IMG/VR virus record: IMGVR_UViG_3300013126_001527
Coordinates: 1-64,000 of that record
Reading direction: 5' to 3' (one strand)
DNA: 64,000 nt
DNA from: a virus
Part shown: piece by piece, positions 39,497 to 47,602 of the stretch
How the letters are laid out: every line of letters begins with the position of its first letter
Numbering within the stretch: position 1 is the first letter of the stretch
Translations under genes and position numbers: made by a program
The notes under the pieces: generated by a model
Databases searched by the model: none
Seen by the model: the letters and a program-made list of their open reading frames with translations, nothing else
What the model was told of the DNA's origin: nothing

Positions 39497-39888
39497 GTAA
39501 TTCAATTAACAAATATATCAAACTATTCGAAGAAGAATTAGCAGGACTGCGTGCTGTTGGCGTATCAGAGCCAGAGGATTCAGAAGAGTCTTCATTGCCC
39601 GAAGTCAACATTTCATTCCAGCATGATACGGATAATAGCCCTAAAAAATCCGTAATGGTCAACGCAGGTGGAATATACACCGGTGATGCCAACGATCTGC
39701 GTGATATACTACACGACATGAACGTTCCAATCCCCGACGAAGATGCTCAACCAAACGATTCGGGTGTTTGGGTCAGCGTAGATGAAAACGGTAAGAGAAT
39801 CACAGCAATGGCAGATAATGAAAAAGGTGACGAACTGTTAGCTATGTTAAAGAACGCCGGCTTATATAAAGGTGGGCCAGATGCGTAG
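39493..39888 (+). CDS. Acidic hypothetical protein inserted in lysis cassette
   Basis: N-terminal KYIKLFEE, C-terminal LAMLKNAGL. Confidence 0.55.
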   Translation: MSNSINKYIKLFEEELAGLRAVGVSEPEDSEESSLPEVNISFQHDTDNSPKKSVMVNAGGIYTGDANDLRDILHDMNVPIPDEDAQPNDSGVWVSVDENGKRITAMADNEKGDELLAMLKNAGLYKGGPDA

Positions 39889-40138
39889 TTTATTACTGGT
39901 CTTGCTACTTTCAGGTTGTTCAACGCTAGTTCCTGTTAAGGCTAAGTTTCCGGAACTACCCAAAGAGTTGGCTATTGAATGTCCAGACCTAAAACAACTA
40001 CCACCAGATACTAAAAAGCTAAGTGATGTAGTCAGCAACGTAAGTGAAAACTACGGTACCTACTATGAATGCCAAGCACGTAAAGAAGCATGGGTAGAGT
40101 GGTACAAGGCACAGAAACAAATCTACGAGAGCAACTAA
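39881..40138 (+). CDS. Outer-membrane spanin lipoprotein (Rz1-like)
   Basis: Lipobox LLSGC, Pro-rich segment, two further Cys. Confidence 0.75.
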   Translation: MRSLLLVLLLSGCSTLVPVKAKFPELPKELAIECPDLKQLPPDTKKLSDVVSNVSENYGTYYECQARKEAWVEWYKAQKQIYESN

Positions 40139-40545
40139 TGAAAAAATTTATTCTTATAGCAGTAGCGACGTTGGCATTAAATGGCTGTGCCATTGTTGAT
40201 ATCTACAAGCAAGCACGGTGGGATAACAATGAATACAGTCTAGTAAATGAAGTACAAACATCAGCTGCATTAGGTATTGATGTTTGTGCTTATCCTAAAG
40301 ATGTTGTTTACTACGTAGATCATATCTATAGTAAAAGTTTAGAGTTTAGAAACTATACTGCAGAAATTGATCGTAACCAAGAAGCAAACAAAATGGCTGA
40401 AAGTTTATTAGCCATTACTAAAGGTTTAAAAGAACGCTACCACAGCGGCGATGAGCCTACACAAAAATACTGTGAACTAAAAATGACAACTATACAAACC
40501 AGTTCCAGTACTATCAAGCGAGCACTAGGAGCTAAACCAAGATGA
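40138..40545 (+). CDS. Lipoprotein
   Basis: MKK + hydrophobic + LNGC lipobox. Confidence 0.7.
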   Translation: MKKFILIAVATLALNGCAIVDIYKQARWDNNEYSLVNEVQTSAALGIDVCAYPKDVVYYVDHIYSKSLEFRNYTAEIDRNQEANKMAESLLAITKGLKERYHSGDEPTQKYCELKMTTIQTSSSTIKRALGAKPR

Positions 40546-40748
40546 CAACCAGAAACGATGTAGTAGCAGAAGCACAAACATTAGAAAACGAATTTAAAGC
40601 CGGGCGTCTCTCGGCAAGTGAATTAAAAGAATTATTAGAAGATTTAAAGCACAGCAAAGCTATTGTAGCTGCCGCAGGCGACTTAGAAGTTAAAGCTCAG
40701 CTGTTTGAGTTAATTGACGGCATCATCTGTGCTGCTGGCGCTATCTAA
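40542..40748 (+). CDS. Small hypothetical protein
   Basis: ATGA overlap, AGGAG RBS. Confidence 0.6.
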   Translation: MTTRNDVVAEAQTLENEFKAGRLSASELKELLEDLKHSKAIVAAAGDLEVKAQLFELIDGIICAAGAI

Positions 40749-40784
40749 TAAATATTATTATAATAATCAACAAGGAGTAAGACA

Positions 40785-41075
40785 ATGGCAAAAACAGCAG
40801 AAGAACGCACATCAGATTGGATGACCACCAAGTGGCGTCCGTTAATGGCAATCACATACATGGCAACAATTTGGTTTGATTTTATTCTTGGACCAGTTGT
40901 TTTTAACGTATTACAATATTGGAATCCGGGTCAGGCGATTACTAGTTGGACAGCACTAACACTACAAGGTGGTGGTTTATATCACATCTCTATGGGTGCT
41001 ATTCTAGGTATTGCGGCTTGGACACGTGGCAAGGAAAAAGTAGCTGAATTAGAAAACGGTGGCGCGGGAAAATAG
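40785..41075 (+). CDS. Holin (GTA 3TM-holin-like), short form
   Basis: KWRPLMA, TLQGGGLYHISMGAILG..AWTR..EK; own late promoter 40748-40754 and AAGGAG RBS; in lysis cassette. Confidence 0.75.
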   Translation: MAKTAEERTSDWMTTKWRPLMAITYMATIWFDFILGPVVFNVLQYWNPGQAITSWTALTLQGGGLYHISMGAILGIAAWTRGKEKVAELENGGAGK

Positions 41076-41317
41076 CAGGGTACGAAACAGCCCCTGAGCA
41101 AAATGTTTCAACAGAACCGCAATGGATTGTTACAGATAGCAGCCCAGCGGACAATGTGTCAGTGACTGCACCTGTTGAAGCTGCTGAATCAGAGGTTGAA
41201 GTTCCTGAGGTAGCTGAAACACAAGAATTGTATGACGCACCTGAGGTAGCTGAAACTCCTCAACAGCCCAAAATAGCAGAAGATCCAAATCGTCCAAAAA
41301 GACGTAAAAAATCTTAA
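41066..41317 (+). other. Putative -1 frameshift site and 81-codon C-terminal holin extension
   Basis: Slippery heptamer G GGA AAA (41066-41072) right before TAG; -1 frame open to TAA 41315-41317. Confidence 0.6.
41204..41256 (+). repeat. 17-bp direct repeat CCTGAGGTAGCTGAAAC x2
   Basis: 41204-41220 and 41240-41256; encodes PEVAET twice in the -1 frame. Confidence 0.85.
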
Positions 41318-41341
41318 TCTGGTAGAAAAACAGTAGTAAAT

Positions 41342-41374
41342 AAAAGGGTAAGCATTGACGCTTACCCTTTTTTA
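41342..41374 (+). terminator. Rho-independent terminator with -35 box in its loop
   Basis: AAAAGGGTAAGC-attgac-GCTTACCCTTTT plus T-run. Confidence 0.85.
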
Positions 41375-41383
41375 TTATATAAT
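41355..41383 (+). promoter_or_regulatory. Sigma70 promoter for dnaJ
   Basis: TTGACG-17 nt-TATAAT. Confidence 0.75.
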
Positions 41384-41392
41384 ATACTTACT

Positions 41393-42235
41393 ATGGCAAA
41401 TGCGTATGAAACATTGGGTGTGCCTAAAGGGGCATCCGAAGAAGAAATTAAAAAGGCTTACCGCAGACTAGCGGCTAAGCATCATCCCGATCGCGGTGGA
41501 GATACTGCTAAGTTCCAAGAGATACAGGGTGCTTATGAAACTCTTACAGATCCACAAAAACGTGCGGCTCATGACAATCCGGGTTTTAATCATGGCTCTG
41601 GCGGATTTGAGTTTCACTTTGGTTCTGGTATGGATCCTAATGATATCTTTGGTCAATTTTTTAATCAACAACAAGGATTTAATCCGTTTCACCAACAACG
41701 CCAGCAACAACAGCGTAGAAATAAAGATCTACGCATAAACATCAACATCTCTTTAAAAAGCACATTAAATTCTCAAACTAAAACAGTTAGTGTACAAACC
41801 ACCAAAGGTGACAGATTTACTGTAGATGTTCAGATTCCTCGAGGTGTAACTAACGGAACTACTATTAAGTATTCTCGTATGGGGGACAACTTTTTTGAAT
41901 CATTGACACGCGGCGACTTATATGTTATAATCAACATACAAACTGATGGTCGATTTGAAATCTATGGGCACAATGTTGTTACTAACTTAACTATTAACAG
42001 TGTTGAGGCAATGTTAGGCACAGAAAAAGAAATACAAGGCGTAGAAGATAATACATTTTTAGTTAAAATACCGCCAGGAACACAGTCGGGTTCAAAATTT
42101 GGTCTTCAAGGTCAAGGATTGTATGACCCTAGGGGCGTAATGCGTGGGGATTTAATTGTTACACTTACAATTAATACTCTTATTCCAACCGAGGAACAAA
42201 TTATCAAATTGAGAGAAATTTGGCCCAATCTATAA
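41393..42235 (+). CDS. dnaJ: DnaJ-class chaperone (type II/CbpA-like, no Zn finger)
   Basis: J domain with HPD, G/F-rich linker, GDLYV/GDLIV C-terminal domains. Confidence 0.9.
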   Translation: MANAYETLGVPKGASEEEIKKAYRRLAAKHHPDRGGDTAKFQEIQGAYETLTDPQKRAAHDNPGFNHGSGGFEFHFGSGMDPNDIFGQFFNQQQGFNPFHQQRQQQQRRNKDLRININISLKSTLNSQTKTVSVQTTKGDRFTVDVQIPRGVTNGTTIKYSRMGDNFFESLTRGDLYVIINIQTDGRFEIYGHNVVTNLTINSVEAMLGTEKEIQGVEDNTFLVKIPPGTQSGSKFGLQGQGLYDPRGVMRGDLIVTLTINTLIPTEEQIIKLREIWPNL

Positions 42236-42262
42236 ATATTTTTAATAACATAAGGTACCTAT

Positions 42263-44560
42263 ATGATTAACAATCCAATAATTGATGCTATTATTGACCA
42301 TGCTACTAATTTTGCTAAGGAAAACAAACATAGTTATGTTACACTTGAGCATCTTTTGTATGCTCTAGTCAACAGCGAAGATTTTGGAACTTTATTGGAC
42401 GATTTTGGAGTTGATGTATCAGGGTTAGAAGAAGATATTCATGAATATGTTATTAAACAAACTCATTTAGTTGATGGGTTTAACCAAGAAGTAGCCCCAA
42501 AACGTACACACAGTTTAGAACGTGTATTCAATCGTGCGTTTACTCAGGTGCTGTTCACAGCACGAGAACGAATGGAACCAATTGATTTATTCTTAAGTAT
42601 TACACAAGAAACTAACAGTCATGCTGCATATTTCTTAATCAAATGGGGAGCGACTCGTAAACAGATAGTTGAGTTCTATACAAAACTTGTAGGACAAACA
42701 GCAAACTCAGAGCGTAAAGAAAAGTCTAAAAAACCAGATGCTATTGATCGCATTTTAGATGAACATTGTACTAATTTAAACAAACAGGTGGCAGAAGGTA
42801 AGATTGATCCTGTAATTGGTCGTGAATATGAGTTAGAAGAAATAGCACAGGTACTAGCACGTAGACACAAATCAAATGTGTTAATGATAGGTGATCCTGG
42901 TGTAGGTAAAACTGCAATCGCCGAAGGATTAGCATATAAGATTGTTAACAATCAAGTTCCTGCGTACCTAAACGATTATATCGTATATAATTTGGAAATT
43001 GGTAGTTTATTGGCCGGTAGCAAATACCGCGGTGAGTTTGAAGAAAAACTCAAAGACGTATTATATGCCCTCAATCAAAAGGGCAAAACAATTTTGTTTA
43101 TCGACGAAGCACACCAAATGCATGGTGCTGGTGCAGGAAGTTCTAGTTCTGTTGATTTTGCTAACATGATCAAACCAGCACTGAGTCGAGGTAATATCAA
43201 AGTTATTGCCAGCACAACCTTTGAAGAATATACTAAATCTTTTGAAAAAGATCGTGCATTGATGCGTAGATTCTATAAATTATCAATCGATGAACCTAGT
43301 CCGGCTGTGGCAAAAGAAATCTTGTTTGGGCTGCGTGGGCATTTTGAAGAGTTTCATGGTGGTGTAATAAGCGACGATGCCATTGAATCTGCTGTTGATT
43401 TAAGTGTTCGATATCAGACTGATCGTAGACTTCCGGACAAAGCCATCGATCTTATTGACATGAGTTGTGCTCGTTTGAAGATCAAGTTTGACGAGTGGGT
43501 TGTGGATAAGGAAGAAATTGTTGAGACTATTAGCAAAGCTACTAAGATCCCAATGGAGAATCTTGACAACAAAGAGTCTACCAAAACACTAACTTCATTG
43601 GATGCTAGCGTTAAAGATCGTCTATTCGGGCAAGACTCGGCAGTAGATCAAGTTTTAGAAAAAATCTATATTGCTAAAGCGGGATTAAAATCTCCAACTA
43701 AACCTGTAGGTAGTTTCTTATTTTTAGGTCCAACAGGTACTGGTAAAACAGAACTATGTAAGTTACTAAGTGAAAACCTAAGTATGAAACTAATTCGCTT
43801 TGATATGAGTGAATACCAAGAGAAACACAGTGTAGCTAAACTTATTGGTGCACCTCCGGGATATGTGGGTTACGAAGACGGTAATCTAGGTGGCGGTTTA
43901 TTAATCAGCGAAGTTGAACGCAACCCACACTCAATTATCTTGTTAGATGAGATTGAGAAGGCCCACCCAGATGTAAGTAATATTCTATTGAGTATCATGG
44001 ACGAAGGCATGGTTACCAGTTCAAATGGTAAGAAAGCAGATTGCCGGCATGCTATTGTTATTATGACATCAAATTTGGGTGCTGCCGATAATGAACGTAA
44101 TAATATTGGATTTGGACGAAGCTTATCTAAAGACGGGCAAGATGATGATGCTGTTAAGAAATTCTTTAAACCAGAGTTCCGCAATCGGTTAGATGCAGTG
44201 ATTAAATTTAATAAACTTGATCAGATGTCAATGAAGAAAATTGTTGTTAAATTTATCAACGAACTTAACGATCTATTGGGAGAACGTCATGTTAAAATTA
44301 ATGCAACTGAATCTTTAGTAGATTATCTAGTAGAGGTTGGATTTGATTCTGCAATGGGTGCGAGACCGTTGAATCGAAAGATCAATGAATTAATTAAAGT
44401 CCCCTTAAGTAAAAAGATTCTTTTTGAAAATGTAGAACCGGGTAGCACTGTAACTGTAGATTATTTAGATAGTAATATTGTGTTTACAGTTAGCTCTCCA
44501 ACTGTTAATCTATTAGAAAATAAAACAGTTGACGAACATGGTTACATTGTAGTAGAATAA
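42263..44560 (+). CDS. clpA: ClpA-like AAA+ unfoldase
   Basis: Clp N-domain (HSYVTLEHLL), GDPGVGKT and GPTGTGKT Walker A, GAPPGYVGY, IGF loop; no ClpB middle domain; TATAAATA at 42231. Confidence 0.9.
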   Translation: MINNPIIDAIIDHATNFAKENKHSYVTLEHLLYALVNSEDFGTLLDDFGVDVSGLEEDIHEYVIKQTHLVDGFNQEVAPKRTHSLERVFNRAFTQVLFTARERMEPIDLFLSITQETNSHAAYFLIKWGATRKQIVEFYTKLVGQTANSERKEKSKKPDAIDRILDEHCTNLNKQVAEGKIDPVIGREYELEEIAQVLARRHKSNVLMIGDPGVGKTAIAEGLAYKIVNNQVPAYLNDYIVYNLEIGSLLAGSKYRGEFEEKLKDVLYALNQKGKTILFIDEAHQMHGAGAGSSSSVDFANMIKPALSRGNIKVIASTTFEEYTKSFEKDRALMRRFYKLSIDEPSPAVAKEILFGLRGHFEEFHGGVISDDAIESAVDLSVRYQTDRRLPDKAIDLIDMSCARLKIKFDEWVVDKEEIVETISKATKIPMENLDNKESTKTLTSLDASVKDRLFGQDSAVDQVLEKIYIAKAGLKSPTKPVGSFLFLGPTGTGKTELCKLLSENLSMKLIRFDMSEYQEKHSVAKLIGAPPGYVGYEDGNLGGGLLISEVERNPHSIILLDEIEKAHPDVSNILLSIMDEGMVTSSNGKKADCRHAIVIMTSNLGAADNERNNIGFGRSLSKDGQDDDAVKKFFKPEFRNRLDAVIKFNKLDQMSMKKIVVKFINELNDLLGERHVKINATESLVDYLVEVGFDSAMGARPLNRKINELIKVPLSKKILFENVEPGSTVTVDYLDSNIVFTVSSPTVNLLENKTVDEHGYIVVE

Positions 44561-44575
44561 TTTTATTAGATGTCA

Positions 44576-44614
44576 GGGCTCCGATAAATAAACATAGTAT
44601 ATTATTAGGAGCCC
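44576..44614 (+). promoter_or_regulatory. RBS-sequestering hairpin enclosing a late promoter
   Basis: GGGCTCC (44576-82) pairs with GGAGCCC (44608-14, RBS); ATAAATA at 44584-90 lies between. Confidence 0.65.
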
Positions 44615-44617
44615 GAA

Positions 44618-44782
44618 ATGGCAAAGTTACAAGAAGAAGTTTTAGTTATCAAAGTTAGCAAAATGTTAAAAGACAATGATGCTGAAAAAGTAATTCTAAC
44701 CGCAGAAACTGTAGCAAGTTTAGAAGCAGTGGTACAAGAACTAGCAGGTGCTCACACCCTAGTTGAAATTCAAGTAGCATAA
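44618..44782 (+). CDS. Small hypothetical protein (54 aa)
   Basis: AGGAG RBS; MAKLQEEVLVIKVSK...LVEIQVA; absent from ORF track. Confidence 0.7.
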   Translation: MAKLQEEVLVIKVSKMLKDNDAEKVILTAETVASLEAVVQELAGAHTLVEIQVA

Positions 44783-44808
44783 TTTAATTCAATAAAGAGA
44801 GATTTTCA

Positions 44809-45597
44809 ATGGCAAAGCGTATTAAACCCAACGCACCTCAGATGGTGCAAAATCAAACTGCTCCTGCACAACAGCAACAATTTGACTTTAGTAAAGTACA
44901 TATTCACTTTGGTATCCCATGCTACGGTGGACAAATTACAGAACCTTGTTTTACCAGTTTCTTACGTTTTATCTTACTAGCAAGCCGTGTAGGATTACAA
45001 TGGTCGTTAGACACTATGGTTAACGAGTCACTGGTAACACGTGCTCGTAATAACTTAATGGCTAAAATGATGACCAATGACAAGGCCACACATTTTATGT
45101 TTATTGACGCAGATATTCGTTTTCAACCAGAAAGTATCCTGCAGATGATTGCCACAGACAAAGATGTAATTGGCGGATTGTATCCTAAGAAAGCCTTGCC
45201 AATTAGCTATGTAATTAACGTACAGCCCGGTACACAAATTATCAACGATCTGTTTAAGGTTGACACTATGGGCACTGGTTTTATGATGTTTAAACGTCAC
45301 GTCTACGAAAAACTAATTGCTGCGCACCCAGAATGTAAATATGTTGATGATGTGGGATTAGGCAAGCAGTTTGAACCAATGATGTATTCAATCTTTGACA
45401 CGGCAATTGACGAAAAGGGACATTACCTGTCAGAAGATTGGTTGTTCTGTAGACGTTGGGCTGCACTAGGCGGCGAAATCTATGCCCACAGTAAGGTACT
45501 GTTAAATCACAGTGGTCATTATGAATTTGCTGGCGACCTAGACGTGTTAATTGGCAAGAAAAAAGCAGAGCATCCGAATCCAAATCAACCTAAGTAA
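44809..45597 (+). CDS. Glycosyltransferase-like protein (GT-A fold)
   Basis: IPCYGG, ESLVTRARN, FIDAD (DxD), GTGFMM, LSEDW.FC. Confidence 0.8.
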   Translation: MAKRIKPNAPQMVQNQTAPAQQQQFDFSKVHIHFGIPCYGGQITEPCFTSFLRFILLASRVGLQWSLDTMVNESLVTRARNNLMAKMMTNDKATHFMFIDADIRFQPESILQMIATDKDVIGGLYPKKALPISYVINVQPGTQIINDLFKVDTMGTGFMMFKRHVYEKLIAAHPECKYVDDVGLGKQFEPMMYSIFDTAIDEKGHYLSEDWLFCRRWAALGGEIYAHSKVLLNHSGHYEFAGDLDVLIGKKKAEHPNPNQPK

Positions 45598-46043
45598 TGC
45601 CTTCCGAACTATTAAGTTTTCAAATTAAACTAAGCGGAACTTACTGGGATAAACTTCCAGAATTTTCCGTTTGGTTAGATGACCAAAAGATTGATCAAAA
45701 TATTCTTTCTTCCAAGGACTGCGTTGTTAATTTTGAGCAAGAACTCTGCCAAGGTGATCACTTTCTCAAAATTCGATTAGAAAATAAAGACCAACGTACA
45801 GATACCATAGTTGAAGATGGTGCAATAATCAAAGATCTTTTACTTAATATTGAAGATATCATTATAGATGACATTAGCATAGGCGGCCTATTGTGGACTG
45901 CTGAATATCTATTAGACGAACCGCAAGAATATCAAGGAAAAACAATTTCTCAGCTCAATCATTGCGTAAATTTAGGGTGGAATGGTACTTATATTTTAAA
46001 ATTTAGTAGTCCATTTTATCGATGGCTATTAGAAAAACTCTAA
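45597..46043 (+). CDS. Hypothetical protein
   Basis: TAATG coupling; beta-rich; C-terminal GWNG..FSSPFYRWL. Confidence 0.6.
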   Translation: MPSELLSFQIKLSGTYWDKLPEFSVWLDDQKIDQNILSSKDCVVNFEQELCQGDHFLKIRLENKDQRTDTIVEDGAIIKDLLLNIEDIIIDDISIGGLLWTAEYLLDEPQEYQGKTISQLNHCVNLGWNGTYILKFSSPFYRWLLEKL

Positions 46044-46073
46044 ACTAAATATAGTATAAACTAAAGGTTTACT

Positions 46074-47096
46074 ATGTTTTTACAGCAATTATTTGAAGCA
46101 ATAGATAAAAGGCATGCGGCATTCTGTTTTGGTCGTATGAATCCACCTACTATAGGCCATGCACAATTAATCAACACCGTAGCTAAAAGTGCTGCAGGTG
46201 GCGATTACTTTATCTTTACTAGCCAAAGTCATGATGCTAAGAAAAATCCCTTAGACTACAGTACAAAAGTTAAATTCCTTAAAGCCCTATTCCCAGAATC
46301 AGCAGGTCATATTGTACAAGATGCCGGTTTAAAAACTATCATACAAGTAGCGCATTGGTTGTATGCTAAAGGTTATCGTAGTGTTACCTTTGTAGCTGGT
46401 AGCGATCGCCTAGCAGACTTTAAAGAGTTGCTAGAGAAATACAACGGAGTACAAGGTCCAAATGGTTTTTATCAATTTGACGCTATTAATTTTGTTAGTA
46501 GTGGGGATCGCGATCCTGACGGAGAAGGATTGGCCGGAGTAAGTGCTAGTGCTGCACGTGCCGCTGCTAAAGCGGGTGATGAACAGGCATTTGCACAAGC
46601 AACTGGCGCAGGCGAATTAACTAATCAACTATATCATGCTGTACGTAAAGGTATGAACGTAACTAAAGACTTAAATGAATTTGCCACGGATGGTTTCAAC
46701 GGTGGTGATGACGAGGGTTTTAGTCCAGCTATAGCAAAAATGGCAGAAGAAGATGGATTTACCAAAGGTGTTGGGCTAGCTGATGTTGCTACACTAGCAC
46801 GAGCGATGGCTATAAACGCTTGGGATACGCAACACGGTGGATTGTACAAACAATATTTCGCTAAAGGGTTTAAGGAAGGTCGCTCAAATAAAGTACAGCA
46901 CGACAATAAACGTTATAATCTCAACTTAACAGTAAACAAGGATGGCTCTATCAGTCAAAGCGTAGCAGAAGATGCCAGCGGCTACATTCCAAAGAATAAA
47001 CGAGAAGCCAAAGACCCACGTTGGTCAAATGCGCTCACTGTAGACGTACACCCAGATACACCTCGTAAGAACATGAAGGCACTTGGTTTGATCTAA
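46074..47096 (+). CDS. Cytidyltransferase-like (HIGH superfamily) protein with extra C-terminal modules
   Basis: FGRMNPPTIGH, KNPL, VAGSDR, SAS; leader MFLQQLFE; internal DLNE and SVAE sites. Confidence 0.8.
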   Translation: MFLQQLFEAIDKRHAAFCFGRMNPPTIGHAQLINTVAKSAAGGDYFIFTSQSHDAKKNPLDYSTKVKFLKALFPESAGHIVQDAGLKTIIQVAHWLYAKGYRSVTFVAGSDRLADFKELLEKYNGVQGPNGFYQFDAINFVSSGDRDPDGEGLAGVSASAARAAAKAGDEQAFAQATGAGELTNQLYHAVRKGMNVTKDLNEFATDGFNGGDDEGFSPAIAKMAEEDGFTKGVGLADVATLARAMAINAWDTQHGGLYKQYFAKGFKEGRSNKVQHDNKRYNLNLTVNKDGSISQSVAEDASGYIPKNKREAKDPRWSNALTVDVHPDTPRKNMKALGLI

Positions 47097-47434
47097 TGCC
47101 GTTTGTAAATTTACAAGTAGAAGTACATTGCCAACAGCCTAACTGGGTTTCTCGTCCCCATAATTTAAAATATCAAAATCCTATATATAGAATTTATCTA
47201 AATGGTGACTTATTTACTGAACGCACATGGATATGGGATAGTAAAAGGATCTTTATTAGCGAAGATATATGGGCTCAGTTAGGAAAAAATATATCTTATA
47301 CAATCAAATTGGTTCCAGTTTTAAAGAATTCCGCTCAGGCTAAATTTAAACTAACCAATTTAGAGGTCAACGACGTTGAAGAGGTAGTATTTGATTCTGT
47401 CAATGACTGCCAGTTAACATTTAAAATACGATAA
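47096..47434 (+). CDS. Hypothetical protein
   Basis: TAATG coupling; YRIYLNGDLFTERTWIW. Confidence 0.6.
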   Translation: MPFVNLQVEVHCQQPNWVSRPHNLKYQNPIYRIYLNGDLFTERTWIWDSKRIFISEDIWAQLGKNISYTIKLVPVLKNSAQAKFKLTNLEVNDVEEVVFDSVNDCQLTFKIR

Positions 47435-47443
47435 ATAGATTAT

Positions 47444-47602
47444 ATGAAAATCTTTGAAGTAATTACTATTAAAGAAAATGCTAGCATAGGCTCAACTGCT
47501 TCGGGCGGTGTTGCTACAAGCATGGGCGGCGGTGCTGGTTTTGGTACTAGTATTTTTATGCGCAGAATTCCAAAGAAAACTAAAAAGAGTAAACAAAAAT
47601 GA
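47444..47602 (+). CDS. Small putative internal head peptide (52 aa)
   Basis: MKIFEVITIKE|NASIGSTASGGVAT...basic tail; ATAAATA 6 nt upstream; absent from ORF track. Confidence 0.6.
   Translation: MKIFEVITIKENASIGSTASGGVATSMGGGAGFGTSIFMRRIPKKTKKSKQK

Noticed and set aside
41073-41165. TAG readthrough or alternative genetic code at the holin stop
   Set aside because: The zero frame hits TGA after 29 codons and leaves the rest of the gap unexplained; TAG and TGA act as normal stops elsewhere
18119-44560. Inteins or introns in ligase, DnaE fragment, clamp loader or ClpA
   Set aside because: Lengths and motif spacing are normal; no C/S...HN splice motifs seen
32268-45597. Bacterial chromosome origin because of dnaJ, clpA, phoH, mazG and infA
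   Set aside because: These genes are interleaved with virion and lysis genes and T4-type late promoters, and lack bacterial operon context
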